DNA of 64,000 nt from a virus. The DNA lies in IMG/VR virus record IMGVR_UViG_3300033144_005525, positions 127,127-191,126 of that record; one strand, 5' to 3'. The translations under genes were made by a program, and so were the position numbers. Below are positions 55,363-64,000 of the stretch, one piece after another; the stretch's first letter is position 1; each line of letters opens with the position of its first letter. The notes beneath the pieces are model-generated. The model worked only from the letters and a program-made list of their open reading frames with translations, was not told the DNA's origin and ran no database searches.

Positions 55363-58300
55363 GAAGACCTGCTCCCCATCAGGCCTAACAGTCTCTGCGG
55401 AAGTGTCCGGACCTGGAATGAAGAAGGTCTGGTTGAAGGTTCCCCGGAACGTTGGGATGTTCTGACCGCCGACCACATCCTCAGACTGAGATCCTCGAAT
55501 CCGTCGATCGACTCCGTGTGTCAACACGATGATGTTGATAGGCAACCTGACCTGGTCTGCGTTCCTCTGCTTTACGATCTCCACCAGAGAATCGACTACG
55601 AGCTCGTTTAGATCTGGGTCAACGCTGTTGATGTGGTCAATGAGTTCAGCGGCGACCACCGACTCCCCATCCCCACCGACATAGTTGATGTCCAAGAAGA
55701 CATAGCTCGGCAAGAAGTGTCGAACCAACGTGTTAGCCACCACTACCCTATCCAAAGGGGAGTCGTAGAACTGCTGAATGCTGGCGACCAACGGAGCGTT
55801 GTCGTAGTTGATCTGAAGGTTCTGCCCAGCCAGGCTGATCTCGTTGTCTAGTCCTGGTGTCGAACCCACAGGTAGCACAGAGCCGGGGAGAATCAGACTG
55901 ACTCCCTCATCTACGGAGTACGAGAAGTTCTCGTCATCTACTCGCAGCGTGTACCCGGCGATATTGAAGCGACCTTCCAGGGTCAGTCCTATTGCTGGGG
56001 TGATATTGAGCTCTTCCAGTACTCCGATGCCGATGACCGGGACATCCATAAAGTACAGAGCCCCAGATCGTTGGGAGGCCATAGCAGTGGACGAGATTCG
56101 CTTGACCCCTTCTCGAATGATCCGATAGGGCATCTTATGTGAGAACCCAGACGAACCTGAGCCAGTGATGAAGTCGTCAGCCGACACCGTACCGACTTTG
56201 ATCTCCTCCTCACTGAGGTCATCTATCGGATTGACGGAGGCGGTTCCCCACGGGATAGAGATGGTGCGCTGCTCTGGCACCTCTCTGTACATACGACCAC
56301 GCACGAAAGTACTAGCTAGTTCCTTGCCTCCGTCTGTCGTGGTAGCTGGGGTCTGCGTTGGGGCAGCATGACGAACCCATCGAACATTTGCATCGGCAGC
56401 GAAGTCCACTTCTCGATCTAGTTCAATGAATGGCTCACTGTCTCGAGGGCCTCCACTGATGGTGCCTACAGCTACCACCTTGAAGGTACCAAGATAGGAC
56501 TCGTCCTCCCCGTCACTGAGAATCGCTGCCCCAGGTGTTCCATCATTGGCAGCGAACACAGATACCCACTGATCTATGGACCATCCACTGCTGAACACAT
56601 CCGCTATCAACCTCTTGGTGCCAGATGATGCCAAGGCACTCAAGTGTCTTCCATCGGCCTGCAGGGCGGTGTACTGGATCAGACCTACTCCGATACCAGT
56701 GGAAGCGGACCTGATGAAGAGTTCCTCATCGGGATAGGTGGACAACGTAGAACGTAGGACGAGCTCATCCACATCCTTGGTGACCTCTACTTTTCCTCCG
56801 CTTACGATGGGACCTCCAGCTATCTCCGCGACCAGGGCATCGATGTCTGCCGGGTTCGATACGAACGTGTGGGTAAGTACGAGACCACCCAGATCTACAC
56901 TCAAAGTTGCCCCGATAAGAGCCATGGGGGATGTGAAGTCGTTACCAATCGTGACCAAGACCGACTTGGCCTGGCTGGTGTGATCCATGTCGGTAACAGG
57001 TGGGAAGACTTCCGTAGAGTGTGTGAGTGCCTTGTCGAGCTTGAACTGAATGGACGGAGGAGAAGAGGTCAGGTCGTTTGTATCGAACACCTCCGTAACA
57101 ACATAGGCTCCGATGTCTGGACCACTGTCGATGAAGAACAGGTGACCAGGTTCAGGAAGAATGTCGTTCTCCAGACCTTCTCCGTTGTTGGCCTTCGGTA
57201 CGATCATCCGAACGATGTTCGACCCTGCCTGAGTTACACAGAGCCAACTGGACAGCATGTCCTTACGACTAGGCAAGTCGTTAATGGCTCGGTGGTACTC
57301 GATGATATCGCCGGTCAAGATCCCCTGCAGAGCAAAGGAAGAGCCATTCACATGGAACGCATTCAGGCGAGGGGACTCATCCCTGATTGCGAGATCCCTA
57401 GCCCACTCGGTGGGTGGGGTCTCTTCATCAGCCTCCGGGAGAATCTGAGCAGGAGGTAGCTTCGGATCCAACCTGTAATTGAGAGCGGTGTTCTGCACGG
57501 CCTGGAAAGTGGTGGGATCATCCTCACCAAAGAACAGCTCAGCAGACACAGGCTCCTGGAAGAACATACGTAATGTTCCATTGGCAGACTGACCAGTCTC
57601 GTAACCAGTACTGGCCAAACCGATTACCAGTTCTCGAACCTCCTCAGTGGTAACCGTGAAACCCTGAGAGGTCATACTGCCTAGAACTCGAGGAATCAGG
57701 ATGTCCTCGAAGAACCCAGAAGCTGAGAAGAATCGAGTCGCCTCTTCGATGTAGTCCGCCAACTCCACCGCAGTGACTACAGACTCCGAACCTACGTCCG
57801 TGATGTAGTCAATGAAAGATCGAATCGGATCGATCCTCATCTCTTGATCGACCTGAATCAGGGCGACCTTACGATGACCATCCGTTGACTTGCTCCACAT
57901 ATCCAGGACACGAACGTCCTTGATGGTGAACGATCCTGCATTCGGACCGTCCAGTATTACCAAGGAGTCCCCAATTGATGCCTCAGCAAGGGGAGAAGTA
58001 CGGTGCTCTCCTGGAGCAGATGGAATCGTATTGGTATCTGTGAAGTTCGGATCCTCTTCAGTAGTCAATGCGATGAACGCATCTCTCCTACCGTTGTACA
58101 GAAATGGAGGGAAGTTGAGCTCCGTTGTGGATATTGGATTGCCTCCGCCGGAAGAGGCTGTACGGATCCTTCCATCCTTAGGTTTCAATCCCTTTGAGTA
58201 GCTGGCGTCATCACCAGCAAATGTAGTAGACGCAAACACCTCAGGTAGAGTCCCTCCGTCTGATCCCCACAGAAGGGAGGCATCTGGGAACATGATGAGT

Positions 58301-60309
58301 TGGTTGCTCAGTACTCGGAAAGAGTTACCGGCTCCTTCCAGGTCACAGAGAGCTCGTACGTCTACTGCATCTCCATAAGGAACGGCGATCCCCGTACCTT
58401 GGTTGGTTGAATCCAACACTTCTAGAGAGCGAACACGAACCAATGGGAACGACAGTCCATCGGAAACAGTGAACACTTCGTAGAGGAGTCCTGCCTCAGA
58501 AGACGCTGCAGCTCTATCGACCACAGGACCTTGACCACCAAGAACAGAGTCGAAGGACCTGATGATATAGTCCCCCGCACTGGTTCCGGACAGAACTCGT
58601 ATGGTGTCTCCGATGGCTGCGCCGAGTGTTTGGAGATCCGTACTGAGGAGACGGAACAACGCTGAACCAACCGTTGTGCGTAGGTCTGATACAGGAGAGG
58701 CCGTGAACGGGACCTTCGGTACCTTTGGTTCCACCAGGTCGACGTTGATAGTGCGTACTACTCGAGCTCGAAGACCCGTCTCTGCTATGGTGAACAGAGA
58801 ATCCACACGGATATCGAAGTCTGTATCGGGACTACCAACCGACAGGATTTTGTAGCTTCCTGCACTGGTTCCGCTCTCTATTACCAGTAGGTCTCCCGCC
58901 TTGACCTCAGCGGTAACGAAACTGGAGCCCGCACTGGAGGCTTTGTTGTCACCCGAGGTCGTCACTATGTCCAGCAGAGCCATCAGAGGCTCTCCGCTGG
59001 TTAGGTTAGGTACGACTCCCTCCTGTTGTGAGTCCGCGGAGGGGCGGACCATCACATCTGTGTGACCGCCAAGATGAACTTGCCCATCGGGAACAGTTAC
59101 GTTGGCTGCTATCCCTCCAGGAATCCCAGAGATCGTAATGAACCCGGCCTTCAGGATAGCTATGGAGGCTCCAGTTCCTGATGACCCAATCAAGGTCACC
59201 AGTGCTTGGTCCAGGAACAGGATATGTTTCTCTGCAGCTGTGCCAACACCTGTAGAGATGAAGTCCGTGATGATGGCTTCGTTGACTATTCTGTCTGGAT
59301 CACTACCGACATCCAGAATCAATCGGATGGAGTCTCCCACCTGCAGCACGACGTTGTTGTCTGGCCCATCGTCCTTGTAGACAAGCGAACCCAAGAAGAC
59401 CATGTTGCCGAAGAAGGAGCAGGTACCCACCATGTGTACGAAGCCTTCGCCCGTACCAGTGAGGATGTCTCTATCCATCCCCTCTTCTCCAGCCCCTACT
59501 ACTTGGATCGCACGTACTTCAGACCCAAAGAGATCTGGAGTACGTGTGGTGACTCCTCTTTTGGTTACCAGAGACCGCTCGGTGAGGGCCTGTGGGATGC
59601 CGTCCAGGTAGTCTTCGTTGGTCTCTCTCGGTTGGCCTGTGGTGAATGCGGTCGGGTTGGACACCCTAATCACACCCTCTACATCATCGATGGACGTTAT
59701 GTCCCCGGCGATCACATTGAATGTATCACCAGCCTCCTCAGCACGTACCGAGATATCAACAAAGAACTGAGTCCCGTCCCTGTTGAAGATCATCTGCGCC
59801 GACGTGATGAACGTGTTCTCCGTCGGGAAATACGCGAAGCCCTGTCGGGAAGTAACCTGTCTGTCCGTGGTGATGCGAGAGGTGGTGGGAGCCGCAAAGA
59901 ACAAACGCACCAACCCACCAGCGAAGTCCCCCTCCTCCCTGGTCTCGAAGAAGTTAGACCCTAGAGCATCTGCTTCATCATCAGACAGAAGAGAAGCGTT
60001 CTCTACCGACTGATTGATTCGGGTCAGTTCGATCTCACGTTTGAATGGCTCGAGCAGTAGCTGCAGCGGCTCGGTGAACAAGTCCTCCAGAAGACCTGCC
60101 TCATCTGCCGCGAGCTCAGGGAACTCCTGCACGAGACGGTCCCGCATGAAGGTGGGGATGTCTACACTGAATGGATCGGTACCGAACCTGGAGATAGTGG
60201 GTTCGATGATCTGAACCTGAGCAGGGGAGTTGGCACCCAAATCGATGGTTGGGTCGAACGCCTGCAGGCGGTTCTCCATGAAAACCCGAAGATCGTCTTC
60301 GAATGCCAT
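55348..60309 (-). CDS. Baseplate J-like (gp6-type) wedge protein with large insertions
   Basis: N-terminal AGGLVRLFF...VRAEEAGDTFN...I..V.NP.AFT.G..RETNEDY typical of baseplate J. AGGAG RBS. Confidence 0.75.
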   Translation of the reverse strand: MAFEDDLRVFMENRLQAFDPTIDLGANSPAQVQIIEPTISRFGTDPFSVDIPTFMRDRLVQEFPELAADEAGLLEDLFTEPLQLLLEPFKREIELTRINQSVENASLLSDDEADALGSNFFETREEGDFAGGLVRLFFAAPTTSRITTDRQVTSRQGFAYFPTENTFITSAQMIFNRDGTQFFVDISVRAEEAGDTFNVIAGDITSIDDVEGVIRVSNPTAFTTGQPRETNEDYLDGIPQALTERSLVTKRGVTTRTPDLFGSEVRAIQVVGAGEEGMDRDILTGTGEGFVHMVGTCSFFGNMVFLGSLVYKDDGPDNNVVLQVGDSIRLILDVGSDPDRIVNEAIITDFISTGVGTAAEKHILFLDQALVTLIGSSGTGASIAILKAGFITISGIPGGIAANVTVPDGQVHLGGHTDVMVRPSADSQQEGVVPNLTSGEPLMALLDIVTTSGDNKASSAGSSFVTAEVKAGDLLVIESGTSAGSYKILSVGSPDTDFDIRVDSLFTIAETGLRARVVRTINVDLVEPKVPKVPFTASPVSDLRTTVGSALFRLLSTDLQTLGAAIGDTIRVLSGTSAGDYIIRSFDSVLGGQGPVVDRAAASSEAGLLYEVFTVSDGLSFPLVRVRSLEVLDSTNQGTGIAVPYGDAVDVRALCDLEGAGNSFRVLSNQLIMFPDASLLWGSDGGTLPEVFASTTFAGDDASYSKGLKPKDGRIRTASSGGGNPISTTELNFPPFLYNGRRDAFIALTTEEDPNFTDTNTIPSAPGEHRTSPLAEASIGDSLVILDGPNAGSFTIKDVRVLDMWSKSTDGHRKVALIQVDQEMRIDPIRSFIDYITDVGSESVVTAVELADYIEEATRFFSASGFFEDILIPRVLGSMTSQGFTVTTEEVRELVIGLASTGYETGQSANGTLRMFFQEPVSAELFFGEDDPTTFQAVQNTALNYRLDPKLPPAQILPEADEETPPTEWARDLAIRDESPRLNAFHVNGSSFALQGILTGDIIEYHRAINDLPSRKDMLSSWLCVTQAGSNIVRMIVPKANNGEGLENDILPEPGHLFFIDSGPDIGAYVVTEVFDTNDLTSSPPSIQFKLDKALTHSTEVFPPVTDMDHTSQAKSVLVTIGNDFTSPMALIGATLSVDLGGLVLTHTFVSNPADIDALVAEIAGGPIVSGGKVEVTKDVDELVLRSTLSTYPDEELFIRSASTGIGVGLIQYTALQADGRHLSALASSGTKRLIADVFSSGWSIDQWVSVFAANDGTPGAAILSDGEDESYLGTFKVVAVGTISGGPRDSEPFIELDREVDFAADANVRWVRHAAPTQTPATTTDGGKELASTFVRGRMYREVPEQRTISIPWGTASVNPIDDLSEEEIKVGTVSADDFITGSGSSGFSHKMPYRIIREGVKRISSTAMASQRSGALYFMDVPVIGIGVLEELNITPAIGLTLEGRFNIAGYTLRVDDENFSYSVDEGVSLILPGSVLPVGSTPGLDNEISLAGQNLQINYDNAPLVASIQQFYDSPLDRVVVANTLVRHFLPSYVFLDINYVGGDGESVVAAELIDHINSVDPDLNELVVDSLVEIVKQRNADQVRLPINIIVLTHGVDRRIRGSQSEDVVGGQNIPTFRGTFNQTFFIPGPDTSAETVRPDGEQVFLVRL

Positions 60310-60319
60310 CGATAGTCTC

Positions 60320-60973
60320 CTAGAACGTCAAGTTCGCAACAGCTTCACGACCAGACACAGCTCCCACTGATATCCTAGCCGCTAAGGTTGATGTAGTAGG
60401 GTTGAAACCAGCAGCTTGTATGTCTGCACGTAGCAAAGTTTCATCAGATGGGAGACGTCTGATGAGGCTCTGCCTGCTGATGATTTGATCCCGAGTTCTA
60501 TTGACGGCCCCAACAAGAGCTGCTTGCAAAGATGTGGAGTCGCTCTTGGACACAGTCCTACCTACCAGACTCAGCACACCACCACCATCGTCTGGGTGGA
60601 ACCTATCGGACCCAGGAGTCTGCAATAGAACCTTGACGAACAGCTGGATCAGTTTCTGTAGCCCCGTCTGAGAGGACAATGTCACTCCCATTTCAAATCG
60701 AAGGAAGCTTCTTCTGTCAGGAGAAGCCTTGGTGGCGAACACAGTTACTCGATTGATCTTGGAAGCGACTTGACTGTCCGGTACTTGAGCTAGGATCCGA
60801 GTGTCTGAAGAGATGACGAACTCTGGAGCAGGTAAATCGTTAATCTGTACTTCATCTGCTTGTAGAAACAAGAGACCACGTATGTCCAATGTCCTCGGCA
60901 AGAAGTTAGGAACGAAGCCGACCTCAGTTACTTGGAGGATGTCCTTGATGGATATGACCTTAACGTCAATCAC
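60320..60973 (-). CDS. gp25-like baseplate wedge/sheath-initiator protein with N-terminal Ig-like region
   Basis: KLIQLFVKVLLQTPGSD.F.P..GG resembles the gp25 LLT..G..P.FG pattern. Lies directly upstream of baseplate J. Confidence 0.65.
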   Translation of the reverse strand: MIDVKVISIKDILQVTEVGFVPNFLPRTLDIRGLLFLQADEVQINDLPAPEFVISSDTRILAQVPDSQVASKINRVTVFATKASPDRRSFLRFEMGVTLSSQTGLQKLIQLFVKVLLQTPGSDRFHPDDGGGVLSLVGRTVSKSDSTSLQAALVGAVNRTRDQIISRQSLIRRLPSDETLLRADIQAAGFNPTTSTLAARISVGAVSGREAVANLTF

Positions 60974-61341
60974 TAGTTCTCCGCTGCTGTCGCTGCTGCC
61001 GCTGCCACTTCCTCATCGTTCACTACCTTAGCTACCTTAGCCAACTCCTCTATAGTTTTGAAGCTAGCTCGAAACTCAGCCTCTAGCGAGTCCAGAAACT
61101 CCAATTTGGTTGGTCTCTGGTCGAAAGACTCTCCTGCAGCATTTCGAATAGCTCTCCCTGTACCTTTGATCCTTCTCTTGGCTTCGTCGATGTAGTGGTC
61201 GAACGTGAAGGATCCGATGGTTCGATTGATCTCTTGGCTCCGCACGAACGTATACACATCGGCCACGACGCGACGGACTTTTTCAGCCTGTGTGGGGGAC
61301 TGACCTTCAGCAATCTCTTCTCCTGCAATTACTTCAGCCAT
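60973..61341 (-). CDS. Hypothetical protein
   Basis: One-base overlaps with both neighbours. Confidence 0.7.
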   Translation of the reverse strand: MAEVIAGEEIAEGQSPTQAEKVRRVVADVYTFVRSQEINRTIGSFTFDHYIDEAKRRIKGTGRAIRNAAGESFDQRPTKLEFLDSLEAEFRASFKTIEELAKVAKVVNDEEVAAAAATAAEN

Positions 61342-63635
61342 TACAGATCGTCATCCTCATCGAAGGCCAAGAGATCTTCGTCCTCCCCACTAGACTCCTT
61401 ACCGGAAAGCAACTCGCTGTCTGGGTTGGTGCCAGAAGGTCTCTGATCATCTGGTATGTCCTGCTCTATGACGGAGGTTGGTACATCGTTCAGCATGATC
61501 TGCTCCATAGAAGAGAGGAATCTAGTTGACCTGGAGGCATCATTCTTTGACAGGACGAAGAACTCGATGAACTTCCCAGCTTCTATTAACTCCAAGGCCC
61601 TGTCCAGACCTCGTTCCTCCAGTGCTCTAAGGATCTTAGTGGCTACCTCATTGAACTGAGATCTGCTGGGATTCACCGTGATGGAATCCAACAAGTCCAA
61701 GACTCCTGTCGAGTCCGTATTGGTGAGGGTATTTCTGATGGAGTTGAGGACGCGCAAGGCATCATTTACCTGTGCGATTGTCGGGTTGGAGACTATCGGA
61801 GACAAGACTTGTTGTAGGTCCACGAAGTCTCCATCGAAGGAACCAACGAATGGAGACAAGACCTGAATGAGCTGCTGTGTGGCCACTACTATGGGGGCCG
61901 TGATCTCTGTGCTCATCAGCAGACTTCTAGGTAAGGACACCCCAAAGGATATCTGCGTACCCTCTATAGCTGTGATGGGCTCGTTGTTCAGTGTTCTGAG
62001 GGAACTTCCAACTAGGGCTGCTTCAGAGACGGTGACAATGCCACCCACAAACACGTTCACTGATGAAGGATCTACAGCCTGTCCATCCTCCACTAGCTCC
62101 AAGTAACTCGGTTGAGTCTCTGTCAATCCTTCAGTGAAACCGAAGTCGTCTTGCACTGCATCAGCTGTAGTACTGTCGAACGTGATTGAGTTCCTCAGTA
62201 CATCGTCGAGATCAGATGTGATGGACAAGGCGTCCCCAACCACCGACAGAGTTGCTCCTGTCAATCTGCTGGAGAGTGCATCACGTAGGGACTCTGCAGT
62301 GAACTCCCCCTTCGGTCGGCTATCTTGACTGAAACCGAACCCAAGGACCTCACTCACTGATGGAGATGTTATCGGGTCCGTGTACGTTCCTGCATCCGCC
62401 GCAGAGTCTTGGCGAACAACAACACTGGTTGTACTCCCCAAGTCTGCATAGATCAGGAACTGATTAGTACCTGGATTGAACTCGACACAAGTGGCATCTA
62501 CCAGAGCTGCGTCGATCTCGGACACTATAGTGGCGAACGGGACTGTAGGCCCTGTGGTAGTTAATGCTATCTCTTGGAACGGAGTGCCAACTCCAGAGCC
62601 AGTGATCTGCAGGTACAGAGTCCCTCCCGTAGGGATGTCGTACGTGGCTGCTGCAGAGGATGGTCTCGAGTACACGTAGACCCTATCGGATGCACTTTCA
62701 GCAGGTATCTCCAAGCTGTGTGCTATTGCTATTGGAGAAACTGCGGACTCGTTGAGGGTGACGTCGAAATTCCAAGGACCTGGATCAGTAACAGTCCAAG
62801 GACCTATGGAACTGACCACCTCTGTCTGAACATCTTCTGGACTCAGCTCGATCGTTCTGTTTAGGGGAAATACTCCTGTATCTACAGTGGCGTCGTAGAT
62901 CCCTACATTGGTAGCCACAGATTGCAACGACGCTGCTCCAGATAGCAGCTCTATGGCTGTCACCGTATTGGATATACGTGCAGCCTCCACGCGAGATTGC
63001 AGGAAGCGTAAAGAGGACCGGACCCTGGAGATGGTGCGTGTCGATACGATCCCGGTCAGGTCCACAGAGTTGAAGTCGCTGACAGAGTTCTGTAGATCGG
63101 CCAGAGTGTCAGCCATGACTCTGTGAGTTACTCCAAAGCTAGGCAAGATGTCGAAGATGTCTTGTCTGGCTTCGGACCCTGAACGCTCGAACTCCCTCTT
63201 AGCATTGCGCTTTAGGGAGGGTCCTAGCTGTTGATCTAGGAAGCGATCTACGGCGCTCTGGTACCGTCCGAACGCCTGGAGGTCCTCGGATACCCTACCC
63301 AACCTGTCAAGCTCAACCAGGGCGGTCTGAGCCTCTATCAGATCACTCACATCCTCGATATCGACGTCGGGATTCCTGATGTCTCCGATGGCATTGATGA
63401 TGAAATCGATTGTGTCGATGTCTGCCTGCACCACCTGACGGAGGATGTTCTTTCCGCGGAAGATGAGAGGGAGAGCCGCCTGAGGGAATAGCAAGAAGGA
63501 CGTAGCGATGGTCTCCAGTAGTGCCTGGATCTCTTCACCCTGGTCGGATTCATCATCCGTCTGAGGAGTAAGGATCTGCCGTTGCAGGAACTTACCGACG
63601 GCCGCCTTGGTGTCAATGTCATTGGCTGTGGCCAT
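61341..63635 (-). CDS. Hypothetical virion structural protein
   Basis: 764 aa, acidic, with helical ends and a beta-rich middle. Located in the baseplate operon. Confidence 0.6.
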   Translation of the reverse strand: MATANDIDTKAAVGKFLQRQILTPQTDDESDQGEEIQALLETIATSFLLFPQAALPLIFRGKNILRQVVQADIDTIDFIINAIGDIRNPDVDIEDVSDLIEAQTALVELDRLGRVSEDLQAFGRYQSAVDRFLDQQLGPSLKRNAKREFERSGSEARQDIFDILPSFGVTHRVMADTLADLQNSVSDFNSVDLTGIVSTRTISRVRSSLRFLQSRVEAARISNTVTAIELLSGAASLQSVATNVGIYDATVDTGVFPLNRTIELSPEDVQTEVVSSIGPWTVTDPGPWNFDVTLNESAVSPIAIAHSLEIPAESASDRVYVYSRPSSAAATYDIPTGGTLYLQITGSGVGTPFQEIALTTTGPTVPFATIVSEIDAALVDATCVEFNPGTNQFLIYADLGSTTSVVVRQDSAADAGTYTDPITSPSVSEVLGFGFSQDSRPKGEFTAESLRDALSSRLTGATLSVVGDALSITSDLDDVLRNSITFDSTTADAVQDDFGFTEGLTETQPSYLELVEDGQAVDPSSVNVFVGGIVTVSEAALVGSSLRTLNNEPITAIEGTQISFGVSLPRSLLMSTEITAPIVVATQQLIQVLSPFVGSFDGDFVDLQQVLSPIVSNPTIAQVNDALRVLNSIRNTLTNTDSTGVLDLLDSITVNPSRSQFNEVATKILRALEERGLDRALELIEAGKFIEFFVLSKNDASRSTRFLSSMEQIMLNDVPTSVIEQDIPDDQRPSGTNPDSELLSGKESSGEDEDLLAFDEDDDL

Positions 63636-63984
63636 CAGAGATCATCAACTTGCTGGATTCGTTTGGGTTGATATCAGGTAGGTCTCGTTCCCGGAACTCC
63701 ATCTTCCGGACCTCTTCCCTGGTCATGGAGAGAGCCCTCTTCCGTAGGCGCTCTAGTGGCCAACCGAACACCCTGCAGGCATCGATCAAACCGACATCGG
63801 AAGAGAACAACCACTGCTCAGCAGATGCAAAGTCTCGTCGGTCTTTGAGCTTGGTGGACTTCTTCAGGATGACGTAGTCGAACAGGGCTCTCTTGAGTAC
63901 CTGTGCCCATAGCACTCGTATGGAGTCGTAGAGTTCTGAAGAGTATGCTCGAGCAGCTGGTACCAACCTCACCAAGACCATCAT
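63619..63984 (-). CDS. Hypothetical protein
   Basis: 121 aa basic helical ORF (LWAQVLKRALFDY) overlapping the next gene. Confidence 0.6.
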   Translation of the reverse strand: MMVLVRLVPAARAYSSELYDSIRVLWAQVLKRALFDYVILKKSTKLKDRRDFASAEQWLFSSDVGLIDACRVFGWPLERLRKRALSMTREEVRKMEFRERDLPDINPNESSKLMISDGHSQ

Positions 63985-64000
63985 GTCACCGTCACTACCA

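Noticed and set aside
1-64000. Stop-codon reassignment (alternative genetic code)
   Set aside because: Core genes are full-length in the standard code, and TAG, TGA and TAA all end genes at tight junctions.

Overview
This 64 kb window is part of a large tailed dsDNA phage genome, most likely a contractile-tailed myovirus. It uses the standard genetic code, is densely coding, and shows no tRNA, CRISPR array, intein or integrase. Layout from left to right: (i) a minus-strand block (1-13539) with a multi-domain effector-like protein, an SNF2-type helicase, a putative head protein, a baseplate spike and a single-chain beta-beta' RNA polymerase of 2104 aa; (ii) small Cys-rich genes and a class II ribonucleotide reductase; (iii) the portal and putative head proteins (17873-22932, minus); (iv) a plus-strand replication/recombination block (23069-40473) with SF2 helicase, family-4 UDG, DnaB-like helicase, primase, gp32-like SSB, family A polymerase, RecA-like protein, two resolvase-like nucleases, a Cas4-like nuclease and dNMP kinase; (v) a minus-strand tail fibre/baseplate block (40470-63984). 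The best candidate for an undescribed system is a Lys-x-Ala motif. It is strongly enriched in two putative head proteins. It ends an N-terminal leader (F-x-x-E-[LI]-x-K-I-A) on several unrelated enzymes and membrane proteins. It also falls at the domain boundaries of a peptidase C39 / ADP-ribosyltransferase-like / pyrophosphatase-like / glycine-zipper protein. I infer a capsid-targeting and proteolytic maturation code that packages and releases effector cargo. All product calls come from reading motifs by eye; no database search was run.
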